Assembly: GCA_965235115.1 (NCBI GenBank)
Contig: OZ249436.1
Coordinates: forward strand, 29,638,001-29,702,000
Length of the DNA: 64,000 nucleotides
From: Laetmonice hystrix
Lineage: Eukaryota
Direction of reading: 5' to 3'
Numbering within the stretch: the first letter of the stretch is position 1; each line of letters opens with the position of its first letter. The notes beneath the pieces were generated by a model. That model made no database searches. It saw only the letters and a list, made by a program, of their open reading frames with translations, and was not told where the DNA came from. A program made the position numbers and the translations under genes. Positions 10,701 to 25,400 of the stretch are shown in pieces.

Positions 10701-13700
10701 AAGCGGGCGGTGGCTGACGTATAGATAGGCACGACCAGGCCAGAGCAGACAGGTGTGCTACACCTGATGGTTGCTGCAATGCAGACAGTAGACCTCCATC
10801 AGTAACCTCATCACCCTAGCCGCCGCCAACACACGACTGGAAGTAGGAAGTGGGATGGAAAGGGGTGGGTTGTATTCACCCCTCACCCCCACCCTACCAA
10901 CCGCCACCCCACACCTCGCATTTACTTACGGGTTGGTGGAGCACGCACTCTGTGCAGTGTTCTCCAAGCATTTTATTGGGATTACTTTGTTTCGTCAGTG
11001 GTGTCCCAGATTCGCCCGGTTCCTCATCTCGCCGTTGCCAGATGCCCTCGGGGAAGCCGACGCCGTGCACTTGGTGGCTTGTTTTCCAGTGCATACTATG
11101 GGGCGGTCCAGTTGTGCCGAGTCCGTTGCTCACGTTCGCTTATCGATCGCCCGTCGACAGCCTCGACGGCTCAGTGGGCTGGCCAAACTGGCTGCTAAAC
11201 TGGCTGCTTGGCTGCATGCATGTCCTCGTTTTTAGTTGGCATCGCAAATGTGGGCCAGTCACGGGGAGAGGCAGGCCACCAGCGGCAAGCATCTATTTCA
11301 TCAGGCTCTTCCCATGATAGCTAGCCTCTTGGGCCACCAACCAAGGAGGCCACTCATGGTTTGAACATTCCGGTGACGGACCAACTTAATAACTTGCTTA
11401 GCTGGCAAACTTCATGCACAGTCACTCACTCGCAGAGCCAGCACGGGAGGGGAGGGAAGCCATGGCCGACTACGGGCCATTGAGTTGCCCAGGGCATACC
11501 GTTGAGGCGTGCAGCTATTGTGTGTAAAAATGGGAAACCTAACTTTAGCCACAAAATCCAATTAAGTTAACCCCCACACAGCACAGCTTGTCATGGCATT
11601 TGAACAGCAGCACTCTGCCTTTCAACTCCGTAACCAGTCGGAACATTGAAATAGAAGCCTGATCTCGCACCAGTTTGGCAGCCATGGTTTCCTTTCTGTA
11701 ATGTATAGGGTAATAATTGAGCTATCTCTGGCTATGGTGTTTCTGATGATAACTCTGACTTAATACAAGTTTAGAAGGAATTCCGTTATCCACGCTTACA
11801 GAACACAAGGTGTGGTACAGTCCATATACAGTTTGCTAATGCCGAGAGAACTAACCATGAATAGAACTCGGTGCTAAATCTAAGATTGAATTGACCATTA
11901 GGCCTATTATGTAATAATAGCAACATAATATCAGTACTTAAATTTACGGAGTTTTCACTGATTTTAGTAATTTCAGTATTCAGAAGGAATTAATGCGATC
12001 CTTGAGCCTTGGTTTAATTTTGACATCTAAATAAATATAGCTTCAGCTGTTTAGGCGGATAAATAACTCATTTACCTCTCAGAGATTACCTAATTCTTTA
12101 ACCCTTAGTCAAGGTCTATTGGCGGTCAACATTTAACGGTCTATTTTAATGGTCGCCCGTTGGCCCTCACCCTCCCACCAGCTGACTGAATACCTTGAGC
12201 TACTGTAAATCATTGCCCTGAATGACGTGACCATTATATGTCGAAATCTGTCAATCATTCACTCACTCAATCTAATCCACCAATTGGAAGACAATTCTTA
12301 TTTCAGAAGAACAAAATTGGCCCATACAGAAATGGCATCTTCTTAGCCTTCTCAACAATACCAATGCTTGAGGATTGTCCAGGCCAGTCAGTTTAATTAG
12401 TCAAATATGTCCGATTGTGGGCCACTGGTATGCTCTCCAGCCACGAGAATGAGAATATTTGTTACAAACATAGTCTAATTATAAGTCAAGGCACTTTGGA
12501 AGGTCAGGCTTAGAATGAATAACGATCCTTCGTTCATGGGCAGGGGTAAAGAAACGCTATATATAATCAGTTATGGCATGCCGTAATTGTCAGAAGATGA
12601 CGGCCACTGCAGCGTGATTCATAGATCTGGACGGGAAAATGGAAAACAAAAACATCTGCATCGTCACCCGGGAGAAGACGTTTCTGGCATGCAAGAGGGG
12701 AACGGGCCAAACATGCAATAGTGGTGTAATTGGTGAATTATTGTTGTTTTTCATGACACCGCTTGGAGATAAGTGGCGGGAAGGGGCCCTCATGGTCCTG
12801 TCCTCGTTCCGTGCTGTCGTCTGCTCGAACCGTCCTGACGTAATATCGCGGCGTCTCGATGGCACCCAATCACGCTCTCTCTGACAGAAGAGCTCTGTTA
12901 GTTAGTGACCCGGCCGGCAGACCGATGTAGGTCACTGCTGAGAATATTGCCTGTAATTACCGAATTCAGTGTGACCTTTCGCCGAGTATTGGTGGGGGGA
13001 GGGGGAGGTCATAAAAATAGGAGATAGGGGTAGAGATTGTACTAGTACAGTTGGTTGTCGACTCTCGCTTCTCTCCTCGCCTATAGATTGGCCCGGTGAT
13101 GTCGAATGATATACAAATTGGACAGGCCTTCCGTGGGTTTGGCATTCAACATAACGCCATATTATCGTTTTCGCTTTAGCTGCTATCATCGGTCAAGATA
13201 AGAAAGTTACCACTTCGTTCATCATCCAGTGGGACGTATTTGTGGGCGCATGTTTTACTCTAATACACCACATGAAGTCTGTGCGAAGGTCTATTCCAAG
13301 AGATTGTAGCATTCTACAACTGATAGTTTGATTAGAATAGTGGAAAGACTATGGCGTCCTATTTCCGTAAATGTGTTTTTACAATGCTGAGCTGGCCAGC
13401 TACCTTTTAGTGCGGCATTATTTTTGGCTCATGAGTTTCTACACAGTTTACTGTAGCTTCTGTCCTAGCACGAAGAGTATGTTAATGGTTTCACGAAGTC
13501 TGTTGTAACAAGCGTTGAATACCCCCGAGAGTGTTTAGGGCAGTTGACCGTTGACCCCCGCCCACCCCCAACACCCCGTCTTATATCGGCCAGGGAAGCT
13601 CGGATTTTTCGATATTGATCTGGAAATAGTGTAACACAGATAGCGCTTGGCCAATACAAGTCAAGAGGTTGGACTGATGCCATTTCGTGTGACATTTGCG

Positions 13701-16700
13701 GTTTTCAAACACCTTCAGTTAAATCCTTTTTTTGTGTGTCACTAGATCCAATAATACTAAACTTGTAACCGAAATACCGACTCAGAAGTGCAAAGATATA
13801 ATTATCACAATAAGGATACTTTGAGCATGGCAAGGCTTTGTTGGTGAAGCAGTATCCTGCCGAAATTTGTGAAAAAGTTTGAAGCCTGAGGGGTGATTGT
13901 TGGGTTTATGAAGCAGAGCTGCCGGGCCCAACCCAGCCGGACGGTCTCAGTCCACAGCCCGCCATTAGGTCAGTCTCGTCGGACGCCGTAAATCACACCC
14001 CCGTCGACGCTGTCTGACAAATTGCTGCCTGTACTGGTGTTGGAGTCTTTGTGTTGGGATTGTATGTCACGCTGTCCCACTTCTCCAACGTCGGGGCTGT
14101 AGGCGAGCGGCCACCCGTCGCTGCGAGCTAGCGTTGATGCGCGGGCGTGTACTGCACTGACTACGATCAGGCCTACTCCCGTGGATGAAGAAATGGGTTG
14201 CTTGGTGCTTACCTTGGGACTCACTACTCAGAATCTTGTCAGACTTGAAAAAAACTTGTAAATTTATGATGATACCGCTTGCCGCCGTTGGGTGCAGGTT
14301 TGAAACTTTATTCCGCCCAAAACAAGGCTATTTAGTGTTGCAGGGCCGGGTGTCATAGATAACTTACTGCTCATGTCTAAGGAATGTACTGGAAAGCACC
14401 ATTTTCGCAGATGTGCCACAGTTTTACCGAGGTACAGCTAAGGAAGTGTAAGTTTCCAAAGCGATCTTCAGCACCCAGATCCAGAATTTGGTCGAGAATA
14501 TGGCCACCCCTGCCCCAGAAATATAGGGTTCTAACTAGGTGAGGATGTAGGATTTTCAAAATGGGGCACAGATTAATGTCCGTCATTTCTCCCCCCCCCC
14601 CCACCACACACACCCTGAGGATCAGCTGCCGAGACCTTGTGAAGTTTGAGGTCGATCAGTAAAGCCCTCACATATTATGTCTGCACAGGTCCATCCGACT
14701 GTGCCACATTCCCTGTATATACATGCATCCATGGAATTCCTCTCCTTCGTTTCTCTGTCATACCCCCTCCCATTTTAAAGTTCATGAGGGCGAGCGTGTT
14801 TCATTCCATCTCAGTGACGGTGTAAAGTGGGCTAAGTTTGGGTTCAAACCTACACAAGTGGCGGCTGTGGGGGTTTGGTTGGACAACATACAAACAATTT
14901 GGTGAGACCCTATTCCAGTCTACTTGAACTGTGTCGGATGTGAGGCGTTGCATGGATAACGTGAAGAGGCAAACGGGCCTAGCTGCCGGTCTGTGCGGCA
15001 CACATACATAACCCTGTGTTTGTGCCCGGTCACTCTTTGTTAAACACACACGTAAGGACGCACACGGCGAGCTGTGCAGCACTCCTACTAGTTGTTGCCT
15101 TGTGTGTTTTGTCGTCGTTCTTGTGTCTTGTTCCCGGTTGCCGTACGATAACCATCTGATGTTAGATCCTCCCCCGCCCACCCCCCATCACCAGTCGCCC
15201 CCCTGCCCGCCGGTAATATATAGGGCGTGACAGAGTTGTGCATTACTTGACATGACCTTGTTATTTGCTCGCATTTGTACGCAGCCAGATTGCTCCTCGA
15301 TAAGCACCAGAAAATGTGCGATGTACCTGACCCAGCACAAATACAACGAGTCGCCCACTGATTGTAGTTTTGCGACGTCGCCACCGTAGACGACGCCGGC
15401 GCGGCATGACGAGACTGAGATAGTTATGTTGTCTGCATGCCGCCCGGCCTTAAAGGAAGGTGTGTGTGTGTGGGGGGGGGGGGTACGTATACATGCTGCG
15501 GGTACCCCCCCCCCCCCATCTCCCGCGACCCCCATCCCCCACCGACCGTGGTGCCCGATGTAAACCAAAGTTACCCCACTGATGGACGTGTCAGTGGCAC
15601 GTATAAATTGCCTGCCATTTGTTGGCCGGTTTGTCGTCGGGGACAGCTCCTCCTGTCGCGGAGACCCCACCAAACGCCGTCACGCCGAGCGGCCTAGCGA
15701 CGCGCTCAACCACGTCGGCTGAGCTGATTTCCCCCCCCCCCCCCCCAACCCCACCCCCCACCACCACCAACACTCCAATCCAAACCAGAGGATGATGCCT
15801 TTTGCCTCCGAATCCCACGTGGCATAGAAGGGGTCCTTTTTCTGTTACCCACGTCCTAAATACATTTTAGGCTCCCCGCATGTACCAAACGGACCTTAGC
15901 TCCTGTTGCACGGGAAGTCCAACTCAAGAACTGTGATAACCTTTGTCGACTCTAGTTGAGATGTGGTAGCTATTTAAATAGGCAATTGTTTAAAAAAAGA
16001 CAGCGTTTGAATAAAGTAACGACCATCTCGTCAGATAGAACTTTACATGAACCTTGTCAGATGGATTAGAACTTTACATGAAACGTGTCAGATGGATTGA
16101 TAACTGACGCATCCGAACAAGAGTGTGTTTTATACAGTTTCCGGGACGTTGTAGCGAACAAAACCGAGTTGAAGCACTTGTAATTTATCGTGAGGGAGAA
16201 ACCGGCCTTCTGGGCTTGTACTCGCAGTAAATCAACTGGCAGAGAGTGATCCACAAGTCGGTTATCTGACGAAATATCTTTATGCAGGTCTGTTACAGTA
16301 GACCTCACACGCAGCCTAAAAGCGCAGTCGAACCAGTAACGTATTAATTAGCCCAGAGAGGGACTAGCAATGAGCTGTCTTCAACCTGAATAATAATGGC
16401 GCAGAGTATAAAAATATCTGACACACTTTTATGGTGGTTGTTATCTGTGGTGCAATTTACCCTGAGCGTTTGATACAAAATGAGACGTCGGGGAAACTAT
16501 AAAATGATGATGGATGATAGAGTTAAGGGGGCAGTTTGATTTGTCATGAATAAGCTATCTTTTTCTAGTCTAGCACATTACAATAGATATGATGTCTTAT
16601 CATGACAGCACAACACGTAGGAAATTAAAGGAAAAATGGTATAGATAATTACTTGTAATAAGGCAAGTCATTCTTGTGGAACGCTTTGCTCATGAATTAT

Positions 16701-16898
16701 AGTTAGCTTTATGTAAAAATGGGTTTAAATTGAATGATGATTCTGAAATGCTATTCAGAGCAACAACTTTATATATCATTTGGTTATAGGTTAAAGCCAG
16801 GGAAGTGACACATGACTGCGAGTACATGTTGAATGTGTGTTTGATATCTTGATTTCTGTGTTTCTGGTACTCATTTGTCCATGCCTGTTGTGTTACAG

Positions 16899-17645
16899 TT
16901 AACGGTGGTGATCAAGCGACAGGACGAGTGTGCTGCCGATAGGTTCCTGACGTATCAGGCACAAACTGATAGCCTACCCGCCACCTTCGACGACGGTCGG
17001 TCTCACGTCGGCCCGGACAAGTCGGTCAAGATTACCGAGGTGGACGCGGGACGTCACGTCGAAATCTACCTCCGCTACATCGACACGACGCTCATTGTGC
17101 GCCAAATAGGACGCTACTTTACGTTTGCTATCAAAATGCCAGAGGATTTGATAGAGGAGAGCATACGAAAAGACCCAGATACAATGCAGTTGTGCGTGAA
17201 AGGGTGTCCACTGAGCGAACGCATTAATTATAAACATTTCCTCGCACATAAACATAGCCGTTTGAAAATGAAGAACGCGTTGGAGCAGACGACGACGCGC
17301 GTTGCTATGACGCGTGACGCGGCGGAAGCGCTGTGTCGCGAAGCGTCCGTCGTGGACTTTTATTTTGACAGTTGTGTTTTTGACCTCATGACAACAGGGG
17401 ATAGCAACTTTACGTTAGCCGCTTCCAACGCGCTTATGGACGTTTTGCGGCTATATCCACAGGCAGCCCGAATGCATGAAAATCGAACCAACTTGGACGA
17501 TATCGACAAGGAATATGTGTCTTCAGCACAATCGGTAAATTTTCACCGAACACATAGGACTGCCATACAAGCACGGATTACACAGTGTATTGGTGTGTTA
17601 TTTTGTTTATTATTCACAAGTTGGTCGTCGAGGTTGTCCGTATAA
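16899..17645 (+). CDS. RGM: RGM coding exon 3 (last): RGM C-terminal domain and hydrophobic GPI-type tail
   Basis: Acceptor tgttgtgttacag| in phase 0, matching exon 2. It reads LTVVIK...YQAQTDSLPATFDDG...HVEIYLRYIDTTLIVRQIGRYFTFAIKMPE...QLCVKGCPLSERI...FYFDSCVFDLMTTGDSNFT, then a hydrophobic C-terminus and TAA. The full protein is about 450 aa (short donor) or about 498 aa (long donor). Confidence 0.95.
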   Translation, partial: LTVVIKRQDECAADRFLTYQAQTDSLPATFDDGRSHVGPDKSVKITEVDAGRHVEIYLRYIDTTLIVRQIGRYFTFAIKMPEDLIEESIRKDPDTMQLCVKGCPLSERINYKHFLAHKHSRLKMKNALEQTTTRVAMTRDAAEALCREASVVDFYFDSCVFDLMTTGDSNFTLAASNALMDVLRLYPQAARMHENRTNLDDIDKEYVSSAQSVNFHRTHRTAIQARITQCIGVLFCLLFTSWSSRLSV

Positions 17646-20600
17646 CGTCAAATCGTGTTTGTTTTTCTTCGACCAAAGTGTATATTATTGTAAAGTATAA
17701 ATATTAAGATATTAATGTACAAAATGTGCAGTGCTGATAACATGAAACTGACAACCGGTTATGACGTAGTAATACGTCAGAGACGTACCAAGGCTGCGTA
17801 GACCCGCATCCAAGGGAGTTGTAAATATGAATGTACATTATGTAAAGGAACAGTAGTGTTCTGACTGGGTCACAATGGAAGGGGGTTGGGAAGATTTGTG
17901 TCCCTGTTAAAGGAAGAGAAGACGGCTATGGTACATACAGTGTCCCAGTGGTATGGTTAGAAAAGATCCCAGCGTGCTGGCGGATATTTACGTCATGATT
18001 TCCCAATCAAATGTAAACAAACATGATATATTGGTGGTCCGTGTTATAATCCCAAGAAAGCCTTGGTCATGTCTGGAAACATTCAGGATAGTATCATTAA
18101 GGATGAAGATATTTCAGGTACAAAAACAAGTTGAGAATTTTCGTGTCACGCAGGCTCGTGGGAATTTAACAAAATTCGTTTTGGTGTTAATCCGGCACGA
18201 GACTTTTAACGTCACCTTTTGGTTCTTCTGTTCCAAAAAAACCTTTTCTGTGATAGAAACCAAACTTACCGTTTTTTATACCGACTAAAATTGGCTGTTA
18301 TCAAGCCCGTGTATCTCGGTAACTGAAGTACTGAAACCTTATCAGCCAACCGCGTTGACTCGACACAGAAGACAAAGTATGCATAATATGTGGACACGAC
18401 TATTACTAAGTGTCCCACCGCGAGGGCTCTGACCCTTAACTACTTGAGATAAAAAAGGCACTCGCCCACTTCCTTTCCTCCACCGAAAATAAGAAGGTGC
18501 TTTTGAACATTCGCTTATTCTTGTGGGATGTTCCTCAACAGAATAGGGCTACAAAGAGCAGTTTTGAAAGAGAAACTTGATTGTATGTTTCACTATTGGA
18601 CAACGGAACTTATGCTTCAGGCAGGAGTGGTTTTTTTTAGAAAAAAAATGTTTGTGGCTACAGAATTAAGAATATGGATGTTCGGTAGAAATGATATATA
18701 GTTGGAGATAATACCCGTCACCCGAGACAAACCGAGTTGCCAGGCCACGGTTTGTTTGGTGCAGTCCAATATAAATTACATATCATGATTTGGTTGCTTC
18801 CAAATAATTATGTGTCAAATAGTGTTGAGTGTAAAACGTAAATACAAAGTCAAAACCACGACTAATAGAAGTCCCTGTCACTGTACACACTGCTGATGAT
18901 CTACAGAGACAATACATAGAGGAGCAGCTACCTATTTAAAATTTTATATTATACCTTCACAGTTCTTTCATTCCCACTTTAGAAAATTGCTATTAATTTT
19001 CGTATGTGAGAAACCACAGTATTCTTCAGGGTGGAACCACTACTCGGAATTAACGTGGCATTCCGGCAAAAACTGTATTCAAGTCCAAGAATCAATACAT
19101 CGTGCGTGCATTACGTTCGCATTCAGCCATCCACACAATGACATCAGTGCACTTCGTACTACTTTGAGATAGAGATAGATTTTTCCATCAAACCAAGTGA
19201 ACGACCTTATTTCAGAGTTAAACAGCTGGCGTCTATCCAGCCCCAGTACTGTAAGCTTAGGAAAGGGGTTTGTTTATACAGTGCGGAAGAAACGGGCTCA
19301 TCGCATCTACTGAAGTACAGTTGTGTCGTTTCAAACAGTATTATGTTGGCAATGCAGGCCAAGGTCGTACTCCTGATACCTTTTAGCCATACATACCACA
19401 AAGGTTCCTAGTCCAAGTCACGAAATGTTCTGTAATAAGTCGGATTAAAGCTGCTCTGGCTTGGGAAAAACCGTAAGGACTATTTAAAAACGTGACGGCA
19501 TTTCGGCACTTATCCTGGATAAATTTTCTGTACGAAAAGTACTAGTTGAAATATGTGTGAATCCGGTATTTGTCACAGCAAAGCGTTTAGAGCAACAAGG
19601 TAGCAAACAGAGGAGCAGTCATACCTTTGTAGTGTATCGGTTGGAATCACTGTACCCCCCCCCCCCATCCCGGGCACTAGATGACATCACATAAACGGGT
19701 GCTGGCTATGTGATCTGGGATCGAAACGCCGTTAGAACATCACAAGGGAAGGAAACCTAGTACCGACAGAGTTTATGTCGGTATATCAGCGAATGATTGT
19801 ATATGTGAACAGCGTTTTCTAAATTATTGACATTGCCAGACGTGGTGGTCGCGAGGAGGACTTTGATATAGGAGTCTTACCAACGTCGGCAGGTATGAAG
19901 AATGTATGATAAAACATTTAATAAAAAGAAACCTGCGATGGTTGATTTGTTCATAAACTGTGACATTGCTTGCCCGGAGTTTATCTATGGGATATAACGT
20001 AGTCATCTATTTGGACCCTCTTCCACGCCTACTTAACCCTCCATTTTTCTCCTTTGCATCATGAAATGACGGGTTCGGTGAAAGGTTGTTCTCACCAACG
20101 AGCACGCAGAACTATGATTTGTACGTCCCTTGGCTCCTTTCATAGACGGGCTAACCAAACTATTAAAGTCACTTTTCTTCAAAATGTACAATCGCGAATC
20201 TTGCAATAGAACCCGTACCTTTCAACACTTTCTTTAGCGAAGAATAAAACATCTAGGCCTACATACATATGTAGGAAAACTTTGACACACAAACAACGTC
20301 TTGGTGAGACCAGCCAGAAAAAAACATCATTAGAACTACAACATTGAGAGATAATATAGATCCGCCCAATCCAGCCCCCCCCCAACCGCCTTTAGAGCAG
20401 TCTCACATAAAAAGGCCAACATAACTTATTGCAAAACGTAATGTGATTTATTGGCGGATTTCAACTAACAAGATCAGCATCGTACCAGATCTGCAGTTAT
20501 GAGAAGTAAAAGAATAGAAGAAAACACAGAGAATAATAGACCCCTTATCGTCACATGCCCTTCCTGAAATGCGACTTTTTCTACCGCGGTATCTCTCTGT

Positions 20601-21207
20601 CTCGTTTTTACAGGGGCTTATAGACGATTGTTCCCCTCGGCCACAATAGCCTTTGAGGAAAAGACGTATCGAAAAAGTATCGTAATAAAGGCTATTTCTA
20701 ACAATCTATCGTTCAAAAAGTAGGAAGATGCAGGCCTACCAGCAGTGTGCTAACCTTTGCCTCGCTCAGATGACACTCGGCATATGTTTCGGACGGACCG
20801 GAAGTCCTACAATCACTATGGTAACGTCGCTTGGCTTCTTTTAGTTACTGCATCCTGACCATGGTAGAGAGTTTATATTCTCAATATAGTTTCCATTTTT
20901 TACCAACAAATTACGAGCAGTTTCTACTTTACAAGGGGAAATTACCACAGGATGTGGTGGGATGGTCGTATTTCCCCCCTTTATTCCGTGTTTACAGAGA
21001 TAAAAAGGCGATCTGGGCACCAGTAGACCTCTTTTTGGATTGAATCGGTTCCTGCTGTTTGGATCATGGGGAAATAGACTACATAATTATTGGTGACCTG
21101 TGAAAATCTTTTGGAATCGCCAAAGAAAATAAGTAGGCCTTAGGGCCTGAGGGCGAATACATGTCCCAGAGGTCTAACTATAGGCCTACCACATTACCTG
21201 TAGACCA

Positions 21208-21378
21208 GACCCCGGTTTTTAGTTTGTCATTTTACCAATCTTAAGACTGAAATTTTAAGACTGACTTGGTCTCGCATTGGCTGACTTCATTTGAAGGACC
21301 AATCAGAAGCTCTGAAACAAGAGTTAAGTCTTAAGATTTGAATCTTAAGATTCGGTTTGCAAACTAAAAACCAGGGCC
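21208..21378. mobile_element. About 170-bp MITE, family A copy 1 (PIF/Harbinger-like ends)
   Basis: TIRs GACCCCGGTTTTTAGTTTG ... CAAACTAAAAACCAGGGCC. A near-identical copy lies at 47933-48110 and a truncated copy at 49535-49571. Confidence 0.8.
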
Positions 21379-21541
21379 TGGCCCTATTTCAATTTTAGCG
21401 TTTCAGTATTTTGTGTCTTACAGCAACGGCCTAAAACTGCAGTGTAAGACGATTTCCGTGTCTACATCACCTTGCTGTCGAGAATGAATTAAAAACAGAA
21501 CCTGTAACGTGGGTGGACCTGGCAACGCCGTCACGTCACAG

Positions 21542-21551
21542 GTCACGTGAC
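21542..21551. promoter_or_regulatory. Palindromic CLEAR/E-box GTCACGTGAC in a promoter-like patch
   Basis: An exact GTCACGTGAC lies next to CTGGCAAC (RFX half-site-like) and a G|GTGAGA donor near 21571. This is a motif match only. Confidence 0.3.
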
Positions 21552-22451
21552 CAGGTTAGAAAGTTATCCCGGTGAGAGCTATTCACCATCGTCTCGAAAC
21601 TTCACGTCAAAAAGGCGCAAACTCGCCCCTCCTCCACACCAACGTAGGATCCCGTTGGGATGACTCCAGTTTCGTCTCGGCCTACCAGTCGTGGATGCAC
21701 AATGACTGGGTATAAAGAGTGTGATGCCTTCCTTCCACGTTGCACGAGCAGAGACAGGAGGGCCGAGTGCGAGCACTGAGATGGGTTGGTTTAACCCGGT
21801 GCCGCGGCCATACCCCTATCGTGTTGCTGTCCGCCCAGTCGGTTCGGCTCCAGCCGAGGGGGTGCACCAGTACCGACACAACACGCTGCGAAATGGGGTG
21901 ACACACTTAATACCGTAATTTTTGTACCGCTCACGGGCACACACACCCATATGCATCTCAACACGGGAGGTTATGGTATGGACATAACGTACAAAGAGGC
22001 ACCCAGAGAAGTATTTTAACGAATATCCATCCCCATTTGTTAAGCATTTTATGGTCCTTATCAAAAAGAGTAATAACTCGATACGGCTGAAAAAGAACTA
22101 TCTTACTGTTCAAATCGAAAGACAACTAGAACGATTTCTCAACAGGGAAGTCGATGTAAGGGGCTCCCAGCAGGAGCCAACTTGGGCAACTCTTCTTCCT
22201 TTTTACACCTAATATATAACAGATATTTTGCACACATAAATGCGAACCAGCATGCAACCATAATATTTCATCTTTGCTCTGCATAGTTAATAAAATATGG
22301 GGCCATCGCCTATAAACATACGAGTGGTCCACCATTCATTCATTCATTCATTCATTCATTCATTCAAAAGTTCTTGATAAGAAGAAAAAACAACATGGGA
22401 GGTTTGCGTTTCTAGTGGTTAAAGCAGAGCGGAAGTTCACGCAACCACTGA

Positions 22452-22465
22452 CCGCTAGGTGGCAG
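22452..22465 (+). promoter_or_regulatory. CTCF-like motif CCGCTAGGTGGCAG
   Basis: Close match to the CTCF core consensus; a second match is at 32614-32627. This is a motif match only. Confidence 0.35.
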
Positions 22466-25400
22466 GCCCTCGGACTAACCGTTTGTTGTCCTATCGTATA
22501 GTATGTCACTCAGGGGGTGACACGCTCAGCTCCCTCCAGGAGCAAAATCTGGCTCAATCATTGAGTGAAGACGAAAACAGGCGTGCGACATATGCTCGTC
22601 TTCACCAACCGTGTTCTCAGGGTATTTACGTCCGCCGCTTAAACCCACTTTCCAACAAAACTGGTCTATCTACGTGATATAGCCCCCAAACCTTCGCTTT
22701 TTTGGTGGTGCTCAGTTTTCTGTGTTGAGACCTCTCAACCCGCTTGAAATTCAAATAATGCAGCTTTTAACGCCTCAGTCTTGTTTCGTTGTGCACACAG
22801 CGTGTCGGAGAAGTGGGCTTTAGTCCTTTGTGCCCGAGGTCCGGCTACGATATACGCCACACTGCTTCCTCTATAAAGGTGAGGGCACTCAGGCACGCAC
22901 TGGACGGAGGATTTGAGCTCGCATCTCAATGTGTTATTGTGAACAGCATTTTAACACAAACAATCCAGGTATGACGAAGCTCAAGCGTGTGTGCTGTTCA
23001 ACTTAACCAGACCCAATCTAGGACCGACTCTATAAAACCCTAATGTGACCGGCCGGCTTCAGAATGTCTGTTTTAAAACTGCCTTTAACACGTTCTTTAA
23101 CCCAATGTGAAAAAAATTAGTTAAGAAATAAAAAGATGCTACTGTTTTTATTGAATAGTTACAAGACCTTTTTTTATCCACTCCATATTTTCCATGAAAG
23201 AGTTTGACGAAATTTATTATGAAACAGCATTCAATTACGGTCGAGCTTTCCGCCGACAGCATAGCCACGCAGTGCCCCATACCCCGATGCCCTTACAATG
23301 ACTTAGTGTTTCCCCCCCCTCCTCTCCCCGGCGACAACCACCCTATACCACCCCTAAACATACTCCTGTTCTACACCCCACCCCACCCCCACCCTACCGC
23401 GCGAACCGTCCCGAACCACCAACTCCCATCTTGAGACCCCCTGGTCCGTATAGGTTTTACATATCTGAGACTTTACATATCTGAGACTTTACATATCCGA
23501 GTATGAAATTAGCTCCCAGCGGAGACTGGAGCGGCTGGACGCGATGCCCCCCCGCCCCCCCCCCCCACCTCCTAGTGCCTTCGGGGACGCTTGACACCAC
23601 GGCTGATACAATTCTGCACAAGTCACCAAGGACCTTACAATATGACCTTATTACCAAACCTTGAGGGGTCCTGTCCAGAGCCTTCACAGTGACAGCGCAA
23701 ACATATCTCAACTGATGGAAAACATCAATTGGTACTTTCAGGTCTACATCCAAGCGGGCAGGGCCTACTTATAAAACTATAGTGAGGCCCGAATCATAAT
23801 CTTGGAAATATAGGAAATAAAAATGAACACAGACTTGAAAACAAACGTGGGAATATCATAACGTAACAACTATACGACCGACTAACCAGTGACATGTGGT
23901 TCTTTTAAAGTCATTCACGTCAACAACAATGAACCATGTGAACAGGGCTTTTTAAAATATATTTATCTTCTAGAAAAAATAATGGCAGCCGTCGCGAACA
24001 AGCAAAATGTCACCTTCAATGGGCCTCCAACAAAGGAGACTATTGCCGAAAATACAAGCCGAACAAAAATTGGATGTAATAATCCTTCATTTACGTAGTG
24101 TAAACTAGCAGTGTCTACCAGTTTTCATCCAATTTGGTCGTCACTCATACCGCCTGCAAAGATCTTTCCATAAAACGTATTCTATTCAGCTTTACTTCTG
24201 AAACTGTCAGCTGAAATTATCCGTTTCCCATATCATTTATGTAATAGGTCTCGAACGTTGGGCATTCACTCTTTAATGATGGTAATTTTAGTCCTTCCCT
24301 TGGAACACCGGCACTGGCCGTCTGTCCAATACAAGGGCATCTCTTTAATTAACCAGTCTCATAAACAAAGCGTACCTCTTCAGCTAAACATGCTTTCACC
24401 AACGCCACTCAACCCTTTGGACCCTGATACCTTACAGCAAGTGAAGCACGTCTTGGCGACGTCTACCTGGAGAACTTTCTTTTTTTTTTGGTTCCTTTTT
24501 TTCAGACGACGACATGCCTGAGAAGATGGCCGGTGTTTGAACGTTATAGGCCTACAGGCACCAGCACTCGAGGTGACAAGAAGACGTCCCTGAACTTTGG
24601 GTCATGCATCAATCACGTCAGATTGAACCGAGAAGAGCTCCCTGTTGATCAGCTCGTCCCATTCGGTGACAGTTCATGTGGCCGTTTATCAGCACCGAGT
24701 TAAGAGTTACGTTTTGGATGGGACGTGGGGCCACCTTATGGCTGAAGGTCGCCCGCGGCACTGATACCCGTCCAAGATTACCTTCCCACTGGGCGCTCCC
24801 AAATCGAAGGTTGTTGGGACGCTCTCCGGAGTCCGTGACCCCTTGCCACTCGGTGTCTCATCGCGACGTTGTTGATAACGGCTAACGGGAAGACTCGTAG
24901 ATAAAGGGACACAACGAAGTTTCCTTGCGTCACGGAGGTCTGTAGACTGAGGAACCACCGATTCCATTTTCTCACCGCTTTGATTGTGAAAGGACCAGAG
25001 TCAATGAAGGGTGTGTATGCGAGGAGCCATTCATCTCTCGCATTCGGAAAACCTCGGCCCAACTTCCGGTCGCTTCGCTAGTCATCTCTCGCTTTAATAT
25101 TTAGAGGTATTTTCGTCGTCGCGAACCGCATCTCTTGAAAAGTGTCTGGAGTCAAAAAGCATGTCCATTATAATACCCGACCCACATGTGTGGCTGCAAC
25201 TCCTTACGTGCGTCTATACACGCACACAGGAGTTATCCCTGACATCGGTTCGTATGCACAACTTTATCCTGGTAACGATGGCGAATACATGTTATACAAA
25301 CACCAACAGAACATTAGTCAGGTGACCTTGAATGCATTGTTTATTTTCCTCACTCGGGACAAAAAAAAATTAACCCTATCGGATAACACGGTTGTGTTTG

